Shown here one piece after another: positions 62,805 to 64,000 of a stretch of 64,000 bases of DNA. The stretch is taken from assembly GCA_965222075.1 (NCBI GenBank), contig OZ244937.1:256001-320000 (forward strand), given 5' to 3'. Source of the DNA: Candidatus Latescibacterota bacterium. Its GTDB lineage: Bacteria; Latescibacterota; UBA2968; GCA-2709665. The notes under the pieces were generated by a model. The model was not told the origin of the DNA, did no database searches, and was given only the letters and a program-made list of their open reading frames with translations. How positions within the stretch are numbered: position 1 is the first letter of the stretch; every line of letters starts with the position of its first letter. The position numbers and the translations under genes are program-made.

Positions 62805-62837
62805 CCTGCCTGCAGCGCAGGGCACTGCGCAGGCAGG
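62805..62837 (+). repeat. 33-bp micro-element, in frame (LPAAQGTAQAG)
   Basis: CCTGCCT GCAGCGC AGG GCACTGC GC AGGCAGG; removal gives QAYGHD. Confidence 0.9.
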
Positions 62838-62894
62838 TGGTCATGACTCAAAGTGCCGCGACCAACTTCTGGAGGGAGTGCAACCCGATACCTT

Positions 62895-62921
62895 CTTGCC
62901 TGCGCGCAGCGCGCAAGCAGG
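62895..62921 (+). repeat. 27-bp micro-element, in frame (LPARSAQAG)
   Basis: CTTGCCT GCGC GCA GCGC GC AAGCAGG; removal gives TFVLGD. Confidence 0.9.
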
Positions 62922-63095
62922 TGTGTTGGGCGATACCGCTTTTTTGGATCTAAACTGGCAGGAAGCGTGTCAAAAACGCCATCAGGTGCGGGTTTTAACC
63001 CCCATCAAATCCAATATGAAGCCAACCCCACAGCGCAAACCCTTTATACTATCTGGGGTGGGAAAAACCCTGCGACGGTTGATTGAAACCGTCTA

Positions 63096-63122
63096 CCTGC
63101 CTGTGCGTTGCACGCAGACAGG
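63096..63122 (+). repeat. 27-bp micro-element, in frame (LPVRCTQTG)
   Basis: CCTGCCT GTGC GTT GCAC GC AGACAGG; removal gives IETVYAQL. Confidence 0.9.
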
Positions 63123-63223
63123 TGCACAACTGACCCAACGCTTTCAGGTGGCCAGAATGAGGGTGCGCGATGCCTGGCACTTCAGAACCTCTGGACCACC
63201 AAAATCTTAGCGCATACAGTCTG

Positions 63224-63275
63224 CCTGCTTGCCTGTCTGCCTTCGGCACAGGCAGGCGCGCTGCGCGCAGGCAAG
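63224..63275 (-). repeat. two nested micro-elements (27-bp outer, 25-bp inner at 63232-63256)
   Basis: Outer is the exact reverse complement of 62895-62921; removing both gives AHTVCVFLN. Confidence 0.9.
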
Positions 63276-63420
63276 CGTGTTCCTCAATATCCAGCTGCAA
63301 CGAGATCCCTTAGATTTTGAGGGACTCGTCCGATTCTAAAAAAAGTCTCACATGACGTTTGCTTCTACTACAACACAATTGCCCATCAATCGTAACTGAT
63401 TGTGGGCTTGTTCGTTTTAT

Positions 63421-63456
63421 TGTTGCAAACTACAACACGCGTTGTAAATTGCAACA
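63421..63456. promoter_or_regulatory. operator/enhancer-like inverted repeat
   Basis: TGTTGCAAACTACAAC-acgc-GTTGTAAATTGCAACA (14/16 match). Confidence 0.5.
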
Positions 63457-63648
63457 TTTTTCGTTCCCGCCTTACAACTTTTCCTATAACTACATTTATA
63501 AACAGGAAGTTATAAAATTCCTTCCGCATGGACTTGTTCTCCGGAGGGGTTTTTGCGTTGCATTTTGCGACAATTTCCAAAATTCCCGCTGCTCCCATAT
63601 TCTGCCTAACTCGTTCAATGGAAATGAGTTAGGCAGATTTTTGAGATT

Positions 63649-63664
63649 TGGCACACATTTTGCA
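63649..63664 (+). promoter_or_regulatory. sigma-54 -24/-12 promoter consensus
   Basis: TGGCAC-ACATT-TTGCA. Confidence 0.55.
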
Positions 63665-63696
63665 TGTACAGTTGAAAAGATCGTGCCATCCATATC

Positions 63697-63807
63697 CCTG
63701 TCTGCCTGCTTGCCTGTCTGCCTGCTTGCGCGCTGCGCGCAGGCAAGCGTGCAACGCACAGGCAGGCGCGCTACGCGCAGGCAAGCGTGCGGTGACGCAC
63801 AGGCAGG
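63697..63807 (-). repeat. four-level nested micro-element stack (30+27+27+27 = 111 bp)
   Basis: Left arms at 63697, 63705, 63713; intact innermost element 63721-63747; right parts 63748-63766, 63767-63785, 63786-63807. Confidence 0.92.
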
Positions 63808-63973
63808 GATGATGGCCTGTTGGAAAAAGGTCTCATCCCGGGTCTTCCAGACTTTCACCCGAGCCTGATTGATGGCTTCCTGAAGATCGAGGATATCATC
63901 CTGCTTGAAACGATGCAGCAAATCGCCTGCGGTAGAGGGAGCAGGCAACCGTTCAACCTCAAGCGCATCCCTG

Positions 63974-64000
63974 CCTGCCTGCAGCGCGGTACGCCGCGCA
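63974..64000 (+). repeat. micro-element cut by the window end (33-bp class)
   Basis: CCTGCCT GCAGCGC GGT ACGCCGC GC A...; GGCAGG is predicted to follow. Confidence 0.75.

Larger units (their letters stand above)
62130..63358 (+). mobile_element. IS982-family element with frameshifted transposase (62230..63339) carrying six micro-elements
   Basis: 17-bp TIRs ACGTGATGTGTGACTTT / AAAGTCTCACATGACGT (2 mismatches); LSDAECLT, IIDTLPVPIC, GYCAAKK..YFGFK, LGDTAF, RRLIETV. Confidence 0.9.
63670..64000 (-). mobile_element. IS1380-like transposase fragment (runs off the window)
   Basis: DALEVERLPAPSTAGDLLHRF..AINQARVKVW..FFQQAII[insert]DMDGT. Confidence 0.75.

Noticed and set aside
63359-63868. 169-aa + strand ORF
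   Set aside because: Spans AT-rich regulatory DNA, the hairpin stack and antisense IS sequence; not protein-like
62280-64000. CRISPR array interpretation of the repeated hairpins
   Set aside because: Irregular spacing, both orientations, nesting, intervening DNA is continuous transposase sequence, and no cas genes
1-64000. tRNA, rRNA, integrase or reverse transcriptase genes
   Set aside because: None recognised by eye; tRNAscan/Infernal could not be run

Overview
GC-rich bacterial window. Style (DUF6785-like membrane proteins, sulfatases, WD40 proteins with a PDFDGDG EF-hand/dockerin-like tail) suggests a Latescibacterota/Poribacteria-like lineage; this is inference only. Bases 1-40165 hold about 25 co-oriented (+) catabolic genes: three paralogous sulfatases, deacetylase-like proteins, lyase- and heparinase-like proteins, an esterase, oxidoreductases and a DegT aminotransferase. 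Bases 40166-64000 are accessory: a second, near-identical copy of the heparinase-like gene, IS701/IS1634/IS982/IS1380 remnants, a DGR-like FGE-sulfatase pseudogene, a SNF2 helicase plus actin-fold ATPase pair, toxin-antitoxin modules, two WD40 surface proteins and an AAA-nuclease. The main discovery is a family of 25-33 bp hairpin micro-elements (CCTGCCT-stem/loop-GC-AGRCAGG). They insert precisely with no target duplication and are mostly 3n long inside coding sequence. They keep a covarying bulged-hairpin fold and nest inside each other up to four deep, always at the 2-nt bulge. No mobilising enzyme for them is visible in this window.
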